This document shows positions 1 through 8,258 of a stretch of 20,000 nucleotides of DNA, piece by piece. Location: the IMG/VR virus record IMGVR_UViG_3300017971_003573; one strand, given 5' to 3'. The translations under genes were made by a program, and so were the position numbers. The notes under the pieces were generated by a model that made no database searches, had not been told where the DNA came from, and saw only the letters and a program-made list of their open reading frames with translations. This DNA comes from an uncultured virus (IMG/VR IMGVR_UViG_3300017971_003573) (lineage: Duplodnaviria > Heunggongvirae > Uroviricota > Caudoviricetes). Within the stretch, counting starts at the first letter, position 1. Each line of letters begins with the position of its first letter.

Positions 1-435
1 GGCGTGGAGCCTCTTGAAGGGCTCGCTGTCATGGGGCAGCTTCTCCACGAGTCCGTATTGGACGATGAGTGGATCGTCGGTCACAATGCCTGGGGCTTCG
101 ACCGCAGGATGATCGACGGTGCCACATCCCGCTTCCTCAAGCTGAAGATCCCGTGGAAGCCGGGAGCCATCTTCGATACAGGGCTCATGGAGAAGGCGGC
201 CCAGTTACACCGTCCGCAGCAGCCTGGCGAGTCGCGTGACGAGTGGTATGGCCGCGTATCGGCCAACCGCGCTAGCATCCAGTGGAACCTCGACGGCCAC
301 TGTGTGCAGAAATACAAACTGGTGGAGAGGTTCAACCTCGACTTGTCGGAGATGCACCAAGCTGGTTTTGACTGCATCTTCACCCACTGCCTTTTTGAAA
401 CCTTCAGACAAATTGCAGAGGCGTACGATGGCTGA
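1..435 (+). CDS. DEDDh/DnaQ-like 3'-5' exonuclease (5'-truncated by the window edge)
   Basis: ExoII-like motif IVGHNAWGFD, a downstream IFDT, and ExoIII-like HQAGFD (HxAxxD). The frame is open from base 1, so ExoI lies upstream of the window. Confidence 0.8.
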   Translation, partial: GVEPLEGLAVMGQLLHESVLDDEWIVGHNAWGFDRRMIDGATSRFLKLKIPWKPGAIFDTGLMEKAAQLHRPQQPGESRDEWYGRVSANRASIQWNLDGHCVQKYKLVERFNLDLSEMHQAGFDCIFTHCLFETFRQIAEAYDG

Positions 436-1198
436 TGAAGCCGCCACGGAAGAACAGACCGAATCGACTCCGCCCAAGAAACCGGCGAAGAAGAGGGCGT
501 CAAAGAAGGCCGCCAAGAAGGCGAAGAAGGCCAAGAAGCCACCCACGTCGCCGAAGACGGCGGACAAGGTGACCGAGGGGAAGCTCTACATCACCAAAGA
601 CCCGAGGGTCTATGCGGAGAACCTACCCCGAATCATCCGACCGCACAAGCGACTGGTCGGCCTCGACTTGGCCAACTCGACTGGCGTCACATTCTGCGAC
701 GTCATCCCCGGGCACCCGGTCAAGGGCGCCCATCTCGTCATGGGTCAGTGGGATCTGTCCCTTGGCGACTACGACTCCGGCCCGCTCCGGCACATCCGGT
801 TGAAGACCTTCCTCGCTCACTTGCAGCCCGACGTGCTGCTGTTCGAGGAGGTGAAGTACGTGGGGCAGAACACACCGCCCGGCATGAACAAGATGAACCT
901 GACGGCCCTGGTCGCCCGCGCGGTGACGGGGGCACAGATGGTTGCCAGCCTGGCGACGACGTTGACGACCTGGTGTGAGGAGAACGAGATTCCCACCGAG
1001 GGTATCCCGATCGGTGTGTTGAAGAAATACGCCACGGGGCAGGGCAGTGCCAACAAGGAGGACATGATCAAGGCGTGCAACGAGAAGTTCGGGACCGACT
1101 TCGATCCCGAGACCTACAAGAGCACCGGCGTCGACAACATTGCCGACTCGGCGTTCCTGTGCGCCTTGGCCGTCCAGAACTATACGGAGACGGCATGA
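428..1198 (+). CDS. ruvC: RuvC-like Holliday junction resolvase with a Lys/Ala-rich N-terminal extension
   Basis: RNase H-fold motifs LVGLDLANSTG (Asp1), VLLFEE (Glu), PIGVLKKYATGQGSANKEDM (the RuvC KK..TG.G.A.K motif) and DNIADS (DxxAD). ATG at 428 overlaps the end of the exonuclease gene; the 236 start in the ORF track is unlikely. Confidence 0.8.
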   Translation: MADEAATEEQTESTPPKKPAKKRASKKAAKKAKKAKKPPTSPKTADKVTEGKLYITKDPRVYAENLPRIIRPHKRLVGLDLANSTGVTFCDVIPGHPVKGAHLVMGQWDLSLGDYDSGPLRHIRLKTFLAHLQPDVLLFEEVKYVGQNTPPGMNKMNLTALVARAVTGAQMVASLATTLTTWCEENEIPTEGIPIGVLKKYATGQGSANKEDMIKACNEKFGTDFDPETYKSTGVDNIADSAFLCALAVQNYTETA

Positions 1199-2022
1199 AG
1201 TTCAACACGCTCACTACCGGCGACGCGTTGCAGTGGCTACCCAAGCTGCCCGACGAGTGTGTCGACCTCGGCTTCGCCGATCCGCCGTTCAACATCGGCT
1301 TCGACTACGGAGACGAGTTCGAGGACAAGAAGTCCTACGAGGAGTACCGGGACTGGACCGCTGGCTGGCTGCATCAGATGCACCGCGTGCTCAAGCCGAA
1401 CGGCACCCTCTGGGTTGCCATCGGCGATGATTGGGCGGCGGAGCTGAAGGTGCTGGCCAACGGCCTCGGCTTCAAGATGCGAAGCTGGGTCATCTGGTAC
1501 TACACGTTCGGCGTCAACTCGACCAAGAAGCTGACGCGGTCGCATACACACCTGTTCTACTTCGTCAAAGACCAGAAGGACTTCGTGTCCAATGCTGACC
1601 AGATCCGAGTCCCGTCCGCCCGTGCCCTCGTCTACAAGGACAAGCGGGCGAACCCGCAAGGACGACTTCCTGATGATACCTGGATCCTGCGTCCCCAAGA
1701 GCTCCCCGAGGGGTTCGACGCAATGGATGATACCTGGTTCTTCAGCCGCATCGCCGGGACTTTCCATCAGCGGGAGTACGGGGCAGCCAATCAGATGCCT
1801 GAGCAGCTACTAGGCCGGATCATCCGGTTCTGTAGCAACGAGGGTGACGTCGTATTGGACCCGTTTACAGGCACTGGGACCACTTTAGCCGTTGCCAAAA
1901 AGCTCAATCGGCGGTACCTTGGCTATGAGATCAGTGCCACATTTGCAAGCCGTGCCAGGGATCGCATCCGCAAGGCCAAGCCGGGCGAGGAGCTCGACGG
2001 CCCGATCCCGCAAGGAGGATGA
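1195..2022 (+). CDS. Orphan beta-class N4-cytosine/N6-adenine DNA methyltransferase
   Basis: N-terminal GDAL...VDLGFADPPFN (motif IV) and C-terminal SNEGDVVLDPFTGTGTT (motif I) plus YLGYEI. ATGA overlap with the ruvC stop gives the start at 1195. Confidence 0.92.
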   Translation: MKFNTLTTGDALQWLPKLPDECVDLGFADPPFNIGFDYGDEFEDKKSYEEYRDWTAGWLHQMHRVLKPNGTLWVAIGDDWAAELKVLANGLGFKMRSWVIWYYTFGVNSTKKLTRSHTHLFYFVKDQKDFVSNADQIRVPSARALVYKDKRANPQGRLPDDTWILRPQELPEGFDAMDDTWFFSRIAGTFHQREYGAANQMPEQLLGRIIRFCSNEGDVVLDPFTGTGTTLAVAKKLNRRYLGYEISATFASRARDRIRKAKPGEELDGPIPQGG

Positions 2023-2024
2023 CA

Positions 2025-2582
2025 ATGGCGAAAACGCCATCGGGACACCCGTCCCAAGTTACGAAGCAGGACTTGGAGTATGCTGCCGAAGATGCTCGTA
2101 GGATCGTCGGCGAGAGCTCCCTCCTGCAAACGCTCGTCGCGGCATTGATCGTGTCGCGGCGGCTCTACATGGTCACCCGATCTGCCATGGACAACGAGAT
2201 CATCCGTGGCTGGGAGATCGAGAACCCCGAGCTGGTCATCCAGACGCTGGTAATGTCAGCGCAGGACAAGGCCAACGAAAAGTTCAAGATCGCTGACCTT
2301 CAGCAAGGCGTACTTGGCACCGTCGTGCCGTTCCTCGACATCATTGCCCTACAGGCACAAGAGACCGGGGAGGACATCGACGGTACGCAAGATTTCACGA
2401 CCGAAGAGACCCCAGATAATGATGGGACTAATGAAGAAGGACAAGAAGCCGCCCCTGTACTTCCTCGGGACGATACGTCAGCCGAGGGAGAACTGGGAGC
2501 ACTGGATGGCGGAGCCGGAAGCGGCGACCGAGAAGACGATCCAGAAGAAGCGGGAAGAACAACGCAAGATGGCACCCCGTAG
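2025..2582 (+). CDS. Hypothetical protein with acidic tail
   Basis: AGGAGG at 2013-2018 is 6 nt before ATG 2025. Helical-looking N-terminal part; the acidic C-terminal tail overlaps the next gene. Confidence 0.7.
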   Translation: MAKTPSGHPSQVTKQDLEYAAEDARRIVGESSLLQTLVAALIVSRRLYMVTRSAMDNEIIRGWEIENPELVIQTLVMSAQDKANEKFKIADLQQGVLGTVVPFLDIIALQAQETGEDIDGTQDFTTEETPDNDGTNEEGQEAAPVLPRDDTSAEGELGALDGGAGSGDREDDPEEAGRTTQDGTP

Positions 2583-3060
2583 GTGCCTGACGGGTTACGT
2601 GAGTGAGCTGTGTGTCCTCGACCGTGATGGCACCCAGATCCTCTCAGCCCAGTGCAGTGGTGCTTCCAACGACTTCTTCTCGGCCAGCAACATGTTGCTG
2701 GCGTTCTTCGAGGCCAACCCCGAGGCCATCCCCGCCGTGGATCCGATGACGCACGACGACATCGGGATCCGCTGGTTCGGCTTCGACATCCGAGAGACGC
2801 TGGCAAACATCGCCCTCGCCGGTATGGCTACGGGGGTTGCTGTGCCGCCAGGCGCATGGCTTTACCGGCCATTCACGGTCGCACCGTTCTGCGACCCATA
2901 CGAGATGATTATCCCCTCATCCGACCGCAAGGACTTCGCGCTTGACGCACTCTGCGAGTACCTGAACCTGATGGAACTGCTCAACGAGTGTAATTGTGCC
3001 CAAGCGTGGGCCGAGCTGGCGCGCCAGTTGGTAGTGAAGGCCAATCTGGTGCCCATGTAG
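2419..3060 (+). CDS. Degenerate PolB-type (DNA_pol_B_exo2-like) 3'-5' exonuclease-fold protein, probably inactive
   Basis: The layout ...MAPRRCLTGYVSELCV...WFGFDIRETL..IALAGMATGVAVP...FCDPYEM...DFALDALCEYLNL matches my recollection of phage PolB-exo-like proteins, but the ExoI/II/III carboxylates are not in place. Start uncertain (2380 ACG, 2419, 2422 or 2431). Confidence 0.5.
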   Translation: MMGLMKKDKKPPLYFLGTIRQPRENWEHWMAEPEAATEKTIQKKREEQRKMAPRRCLTGYVSELCVLDRDGTQILSAQCSGASNDFFSASNMLLAFFEANPEAIPAVDPMTHDDIGIRWFGFDIRETLANIALAGMATGVAVPPGAWLYRPFTVAPFCDPYEMIIPSSDRKDFALDALCEYLNLMELLNECNCAQAWAELARQLVVKANLVPM

Positions 3061-3068
3061 GAGTTGTT

Positions 3069-3830
3069 ATGGATCCCGATCGAGAGCTGCCGAAGCGAGA
3101 ACAGCCGGATTTCGTCGAAGGGGAAATCCCTCACGAACAATTCGAGAATACCGACTTCGAGCCGCTGGGTGTGGAGACTCACCCCCTCACCGATCCTGGT
3201 GACGATGCACCAGTACGTGAAGAACGAGAAGTGACTGTATCTGACTTGGCACAGGACGGCTTCCGATTCTTCACGACGGCATTGATCATCACGCACGGGT
3301 TGTTCGATCGGGATCCGCTGGTGGAGTTCAGCCGCCAGGCAGCTCCTGATGCTGCTGAAGATGAGTTCCCGTTTGCTGTCGACTGCCAGTTCCCGTTCTT
3401 TCAGAACATCGGGCAGTCGGTGGTGAACGATCAGCTCATCAACTGGGATCACAGACTCTACGGCATTCCAGAGCACAACTGGGCGGCGTGCGAGAACTTC
3501 ATCAAAGCGATCGCCATGTTCGATGCCGAGAGATACCACTATGCCAAGATCGGCTCCCACTTGCTGACGATCGTCGATCCGACGATGTTACACAGCGGCA
3601 AGGTCATCACCGAACTACCAACAGTCGACATCACAGTCTTCTGTGTGTCCGGCTATCGCAATTTTGTATGGATGGCACCGGCCACCGATCCACCGCGCAC
3701 GCAACCTTTTCCAAAGGTTGATCCGCCCATGTCGGGGATCAAGGCCGAAGCGGAAGCTATCCTCGGCCCACCCCCGTCACCCGAACAAGTAGGAAAGTTC
3801 AATGGACCTGACGATCGATCTACCCCGTAA
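3069..3830 (+). CDS. Hypothetical protein (acidic N-terminus, globular core, Pro-rich tail)
   Basis: AGGAG at 3059-3063 precedes ATG 3069; codon usage matches neighbouring genes. Confidence 0.75.
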   Translation: MDPDRELPKREQPDFVEGEIPHEQFENTDFEPLGVETHPLTDPGDDAPVREEREVTVSDLAQDGFRFFTTALIITHGLFDRDPLVEFSRQAAPDAAEDEFPFAVDCQFPFFQNIGQSVVNDQLINWDHRLYGIPEHNWAACENFIKAIAMFDAERYHYAKIGSHLLTIVDPTMLHSGKVITELPTVDITVFCVSGYRNFVWMAPATDPPRTQPFPKVDPPMSGIKAEAEAILGPPPSPEQVGKFNGPDDRSTP

Positions 3831-4140
3831 CTGGGAAGTCAAGAGTATCGAGGTTGATACCAAGACCAACCGGATTACGATCAAGCCCCTCTTCCTGAAG
3901 GGCCAGACGCAGTCCACCGTGGCGCACCTGTCTACGACGGGTGACAGCGGCAGGAGCGTCAAGTCATTACTGACCCTCAACGGCAACGACGGCTTCCCGC
4001 GTGTCGTGCGAGTTGTCGAGTCGGACAAGCAACAAGGCTTCGACACCCCGGAGACACCGGTGCCAGTGCCGGAGCCGCCGCAACCAGCGGGCAAGTCAAG
4101 GAAGCCAAGCTCCGTGCTTCAGGAGGGTGACGCCGAGTAA
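3802..4140 (+). CDS. Hypothetical small beta-rich protein
   Basis: 112-aa ORF with AGGA before the ATG; its TAA overlaps the next ATG (TAATG). Confidence 0.7.
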   Translation: MDLTIDLPRNWEVKSIEVDTKTNRITIKPLFLKGQTQSTVAHLSTTGDSGRSVKSLLTLNGNDGFPRVVRVVESDKQQGFDTPETPVPVPEPPQPAGKSRKPSSVLQEGDAE

Positions 4141-4721
4141 TGCAGAGTACCCGCTACACCAAGACGTTCATCCGCCAGGTCTGGTACCGACGCGATCGCG
4201 ACAACGAGACAGATGGCGGTGTCCCTCAGTGGATCTTCCTGCACGAGGAAGGTGCCGAGCTGGACGATCAAATACGCGTCTGGGTTGATAAGACCCAGGC
4301 AATCATCATTCACCCCGGTCAGCTTGGCATCCACACCCAGTGGCAAGACCAGCAGCTCTCAGTGAAGTGCGTGACGACCGGGCTTACAGTTCTTTACGTG
4401 GAGGGTCAAGATGCCCAGAGAGAGCGATGCAGAACGGAAGAGGCGTGCGGTCCAGCAGAAGCAGGCGGGCCAGTCCCCTTCGCCGACCCCGAAAACCCCG
4501 GCGGAGCAACCGCAGGCCCAGGCACCACCCGCACCGCCGGAGCCGGAGCCAGAAGCCCCGACGCAGCCAGAGCCGCAGACATCGGAGTTACCGCAAGCAC
4601 TCCAGCAGCCGGTAGTGGAGAACCCGCTGCCGGTGGTGCCTCAAGCTCCCCTGGCCCCGGTACCGAGCCAACAGGCGGCGCAGGAAAGCCAGCCAGCCGT
4701 AAGCGACCAGACCTCTTCTGA
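4140..4721 (+). CDS. Hypothetical protein (C-terminal ~100 aa overlap the next gene)
   Basis: TAATG coupling and upstream GGAGGG. The first ~90 aa look globular; the rest is an Ala/Gly/Pro read-through of the next gene's frame. Confidence 0.65.
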   Translation: MQSTRYTKTFIRQVWYRRDRDNETDGGVPQWIFLHEEGAELDDQIRVWVDKTQAIIIHPGQLGIHTQWQDQQLSVKCVTTGLTVLYVEGQDAQRERCRTEEACGPAEAGGPVPFADPENPGGATAGPGTTRTAGAGARSPDAARAADIGVTASTPAAGSGEPAAGGASSSPGPGTEPTGGAGKPASRKRPDLF

Positions 4722-5217
4722 GCAAGCGCTCACGCCACTGGCGGCGAAGATGCTCAGCAAGGTTCCCGCTGCGCAGCTCCTACTGAAGCAAGTCATGGAC
4801 TCGCAACAGGTAGAGGGCCAACAGTTCCACCTGGTCATGTTGCCCGAAGACGGCTACCCGCAGTTGGAGACGTTCACGAGCGTCGACGAACTGATCGAGA
4901 AAATCCGCGAGTGCTTCGGGCAGGAGATTTCACTGTTCCCGTTCATGGGCAACTACATGCCCATTACCAAGGGACCGAACCGTTACCTTATGACACCCTT
5001 TGGAAACCTCCCGCTGTTCGTAATACCGGATGCGGACGAGGTCGACATCGAGGAGCATGGGTACGTCGGACCTGATCCCACGACGCTTGATCCACCCGAG
5101 GCAGCTCGTCCGCCGGAGGAGGGTGAGGCCGAAGAGGAACAGGTCACGCAGCCGCAGGCTGCACCGGCGGTACCGGCTCCCGATGACGACGAGACGCCCG
5201 TGCTGCCGCAAGACTAA
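4411..5217 (+). CDS. Hypothetical protein with a Pro/Gln/Glu-rich disordered N-terminus
   Basis: GGAGGG at 4400-4405 precedes ATG 4411. Globular central domain (FHLVMLPEDGYPQLETF...). Confidence 0.75.
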   Translation: MPRESDAERKRRAVQQKQAGQSPSPTPKTPAEQPQAQAPPAPPEPEPEAPTQPEPQTSELPQALQQPVVENPLPVVPQAPLAPVPSQQAAQESQPAVSDQTSSEQALTPLAAKMLSKVPAAQLLLKQVMDSQQVEGQQFHLVMLPEDGYPQLETFTSVDELIEKIRECFGQEISLFPFMGNYMPITKGPNRYLMTPFGNLPLFVIPDADEVDIEEHGYVGPDPTTLDPPEAARPPEEGEAEEEQVTQPQAAPAVPAPDDDETPVLPQD

Positions 5218-5323
5218 CAACCCGCGTGAAACCGGGCATATTTAAGTGCAGCATACTTAGCTCTCCGAGAGAGCATCCTATTACAAACAGAACCAAAGGA
5301 GGAAAAAGTGAAAAGGACATGAG

Positions 5324-5527
5324 ATGCCGCAGTTGATCACGTTTGACGGGAGACCAGTTGCCGAGATGCACCGCATCGGAAAGAACACGATCAAGTTGAT
5401 CTTCCCGAACAAGGTACCTGGTCAAACCCGACCCACTGCCACAATAACGCAAGCGCAGTGGGATGAGCTCGGCACCAAAACGTGGGTTGCCGAGAAGCCC
5501 GACCTTCGGGCGATGGCTACTGATTAG
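5324..5527 (+). CDS. Hypothetical small protein
   Basis: 67-aa ORF after an AT-rich intergenic region, with AAGGA upstream. Confidence 0.65.
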   Translation: MPQLITFDGRPVAEMHRIGKNTIKLIFPNKVPGQTRPTATITQAQWDELGTKTWVAEKPDLRAMATD

Positions 5528-5560
5528 TTAATCTCCTTTCAGTGAGAGGATGTGTCGACA

Positions 5561-6862
5561 ATGTCGAACAACAAACCCAAGAAGAAGCGTCCTGACCACC
5601 CGATCTCTCGCCTACACAAGCGAGCGATTATTAAGTTACCGCCGTCTGTGCGGAACAATCTGACCGAGACCTGGGCCATCACCGCGCGGCCTGGCGATCG
5701 AACGGATAGTTTTCTCGGAAAGGCGATGCGCCCGTTAGGTGCCGCCCGCTGGATCGTACTCCGGTACGTCCACGCGACCGGCAAGAACGGGTGCAAGAAA
5801 GTGGTGATGCCGCTCTGCGGTTATACCACCCGGATCGAGCCAGCGACGGCGAGGATCAATCTGGGTGGCTCGGCGAACAACGAGTTCGCCTACGATTTTT
5901 CGCTCCAGCCCTGGTGCGGAGCAAAGAGCCGTATCGTCGATCCGATGCGTAACCCTTCGCTGGCGTTGATCGCGCTCGACATGCACAAGCTCTGTCAACG
6001 CGCAACAGAGCGACGGCATGTGCTGGATACCCAGCCCCAGCTCCCGCAGTACGTCCTCGGCTTCGCCGCGAAGCCGGAGATGGTCGACTCGGCCCCGCTC
6101 CGTCAACGTATTGCCGACCACATGGGTCGGCCACGTAAGTATGTAGACTCGCTGGGTGAGGAGGCGCTGCACCCTCTGCTTCAAGCAGAGTGGGACTCCG
6201 TTATTGTACCGCCTGGCCAGGCGGACAACGACTCGTCGCTGTTCCGAATCCCAAACCAGTTCTACCCGAACGCGAAGAATGCTCTTCGCATCTGGGAAGA
6301 CCATTCGGAACTTTTGGGTGTTGAGATTCGTAACCCTGTCCTCGATCTGTTGGACGGACGTTACAAGATCGCCAACCCGACCCGCCGCGTCGCGAAGAAG
6401 GCCAAGATCAGCCTGGCCCACGACGCGATCGACGCCATGGACGACGAGAAGCAGCGCGAGCTTATCAAGCTCGTCCGCGACGCGCTCGGAGTCGACGGCG
6501 ATCTGGTGTCCGATGGCGACATCGCCGGAGGCATCCTGGCACCGAAGGAACCTATTGTTCCAAGTGCGGCGAAGGACGCCTTGAAGGAGATCCCGGACGA
6601 CCGGCTCATCAAAGTGATGAAGCGGCTTGCCGGGCGTCACGCCGACGCGTGTCGCGAGAGCGACTTGTTGGAGGCCGCCCGTAACCCGGGCAAGCGTTTG
6701 TTTGCGGCGGGGTTGGAGCGTATCCAACCCCTGCGGAAGGAGCACTGCTCCGATCCGTACAAGATCGAAGCTCCGCACCTGATTGCGGACTTCGGCACCG
6801 TCCAAGCCCGATGGGACTTCACCAATGGACCCGCTAAGAGAACTCGTAAGGGTACCCGGTGA
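5561..6862 (+). CDS. Hypothetical protein (~433 aa) with basic termini
   Basis: Long + strand ORF with GAGAGGA at 5544-5550 upstream. Start is ATG 5561 or GTG 5552. No recognisable motif. Confidence 0.75.
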   Translation: MSNNKPKKKRPDHPISRLHKRAIIKLPPSVRNNLTETWAITARPGDRTDSFLGKAMRPLGAARWIVLRYVHATGKNGCKKVVMPLCGYTTRIEPATARINLGGSANNEFAYDFSLQPWCGAKSRIVDPMRNPSLALIALDMHKLCQRATERRHVLDTQPQLPQYVLGFAAKPEMVDSAPLRQRIADHMGRPRKYVDSLGEEALHPLLQAEWDSVIVPPGQADNDSSLFRIPNQFYPNAKNALRIWEDHSELLGVEIRNPVLDLLDGRYKIANPTRRVAKKAKISLAHDAIDAMDDEKQRELIKLVRDALGVDGDLVSDGDIAGGILAPKEPIVPSAAKDALKEIPDDRLIKVMKRLAGRHADACRESDLLEAARNPGKRLFAAGLERIQPLRKEHCSDPYKIEAPHLIADFGTVQARWDFTNGPAKRTRKGTR

Positions 6863-7103
6863 GCTAGACGATTGGCTGGAGGTCCAGGACAATCAGCCCA
6901 CTGCGTTCCCGACCGAGTTGCCCGAGTCAGAGCACGTAATGCTAGTGGTCGCGGTGGCGACTGGCCCGGTGCTCCGGGCCTTTCTCATCGAGACAACAGA
7001 GCATCTTGAGCTGGCCATCAACCCGTACTCCTTCTGCGAGGCACGTCGATTGTTTTACACAGTCAGGCGTTCATCGCTGGAATTGGTTTTGGAAAAGGAG
7101 TAA
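6825..7103 (+). CDS. Hypothetical protein
   Basis: ATG 6825 overlaps the end of the previous gene, and the ORF ends just before the terminator. Confidence 0.6.
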   Translation: MDPLRELVRVPGELDDWLEVQDNQPTAFPTELPESEHVMLVVAVATGPVLRAFLIETTEHLELAINPYSFCEARRLFYTVRRSSLELVLEKE

Positions 7104-7110
7104 ACTGCGA

Positions 7111-7155
7111 GCAGCGGCCCGGGGCTTCGGCCCCGGGCACTGCCGCTTTTTCTTT
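7111..7155 (+). terminator. Rho-independent terminator
   Basis: GCCCGGGGC-TTCG-GCCCCGGGC stem with a cUUCGg tetraloop, extended by GCAG/CTGC and followed by TTTTTCTTT. Confidence 0.9.
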
Positions 7156-7184
7156 AACTATCAGAGCTCATAGAGGAGCCTTTC

Positions 7185-8258
7185 ATGCCCCCTAACAACA
7201 ACCCTATCAGGATCGACCCGTTCTTCGACGGCGAAGGCGGACCCCCGACAGAAACGCAGCTTCCCGCATACGATGGCCAGACGCAGCAGGCAGTACAACC
7301 AGCGCCAGTCCTGTCGCCGGGCTATGTTGACGCCCGCCAGGCCCAGCTCGGTGATGGCCGTCCGATGGCTAACGTAATGCGGCCAGGCCCGGAAGGGCTT
7401 GCTGGGACCGTGGTCCCGCACGCCACCATGGGCGGTATCCCACAAGGTACGCAGCCGCACCACACTCGCGATACCGAAGTCCACGTCGACCCCCATGTGA
7501 GGGGCCAAGACTCGCACGTCCGGCTTGGCGACATTAGCCCGCAGGCGATTGCAAGGGCCACTGAGCTGGCTCGCGAGGTCACCCCGGACCCGTACAACGT
7601 CGAGACCATGCGGCTGCGGTCGGCTGCCGTCATGCAGGGCATCGCTGCCGAGGCCCCAGCGCACGGGTTCCAGACGCAGCAACCGCCGCCAATGGCAGGG
7701 CCAGTACCGCCTGGGAACATCCCAGCGCAGCACCTGGGTCAGATTGCCGAGCCAGTGCATCCGCAGCAACCTATGCAGCCGCAGCAGCCCGTACAGCCCC
7801 AGGAGCAAGACTACCGCCACAGCAACGTGGGACAAGAGGTACGCCGCTCCAGGCCGCTACAGGCGTTCTCAGACGAACCTCAGACCCATCACAACGGGCG
7901 AGAGATGCGTCCGATCGACCTCGGCGAGCCAACCCCACCGCCGGAGTATGGTGCGACGCGGGCTCCGGGTGTCCAGGTGACCTTCGAGATCGAGCACTTC
8001 GGGATTCATCGTGCGAACTACCACGACGTGCTTATCCAGCAAGGATTCATCGTCCTGGTCTACAGCAATCAGTACCAGGGAGGCGAGATGTACGAGCCTC
8101 CTGTTGGTGATAATACCCCGCCAATGGCGCTCGGTGTGGCCGGACAACCAGAAGTCCATCTTGTCCACACGACCGGGTTTGTGTATTCTCATGGGGGGTA
8201 CAGATACTGCGTTCTTATGATAGAACGCTCAGCTCCCGCCGAGGATGTCGTTCAATGA
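7185..8258 (+). CDS. Hypothetical Pro/Gln-rich protein with a C-terminal beta domain; first gene of the putative portal operon
   Basis: GAGGAG RBS; long disordered region followed by a ~95-aa beta-rich domain (VQVTFEIEHFG...YCVLMIE). Confidence 0.75.
   Translation: MPPNNNPIRIDPFFDGEGGPPTETQLPAYDGQTQQAVQPAPVLSPGYVDARQAQLGDGRPMANVMRPGPEGLAGTVVPHATMGGIPQGTQPHHTRDTEVHVDPHVRGQDSHVRLGDISPQAIARATELAREVTPDPYNVETMRLRSAAVMQGIAAEAPAHGFQTQQPPPMAGPVPPGNIPAQHLGQIAEPVHPQQPMQPQQPVQPQEQDYRHSNVGQEVRRSRPLQAFSDEPQTHHNGREMRPIDLGEPTPPPEYGATRAPGVQVTFEIEHFGIHRANYHDVLIQQGFIVLVYSNQYQGGEMYEPPVGDNTPPMALGVAGQPEVHLVHTTGFVYSHGGYRYCVLMIERSAPAEDVVQ

Noticed and set aside
428..1198. RuvC domain as part of a Cas12/TnpB or transposase system
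   Set aside because: The protein is short, with contiguous resolvase-type motifs; there is no Zn finger, CRISPR array or terminal repeats.
1195..2582. Type II restriction-modification pair (MTase plus downstream ORF)
   Set aside because: The downstream ORF shows no PD-(D/E)xK, HNH or GIY-YIG motif that I can see.
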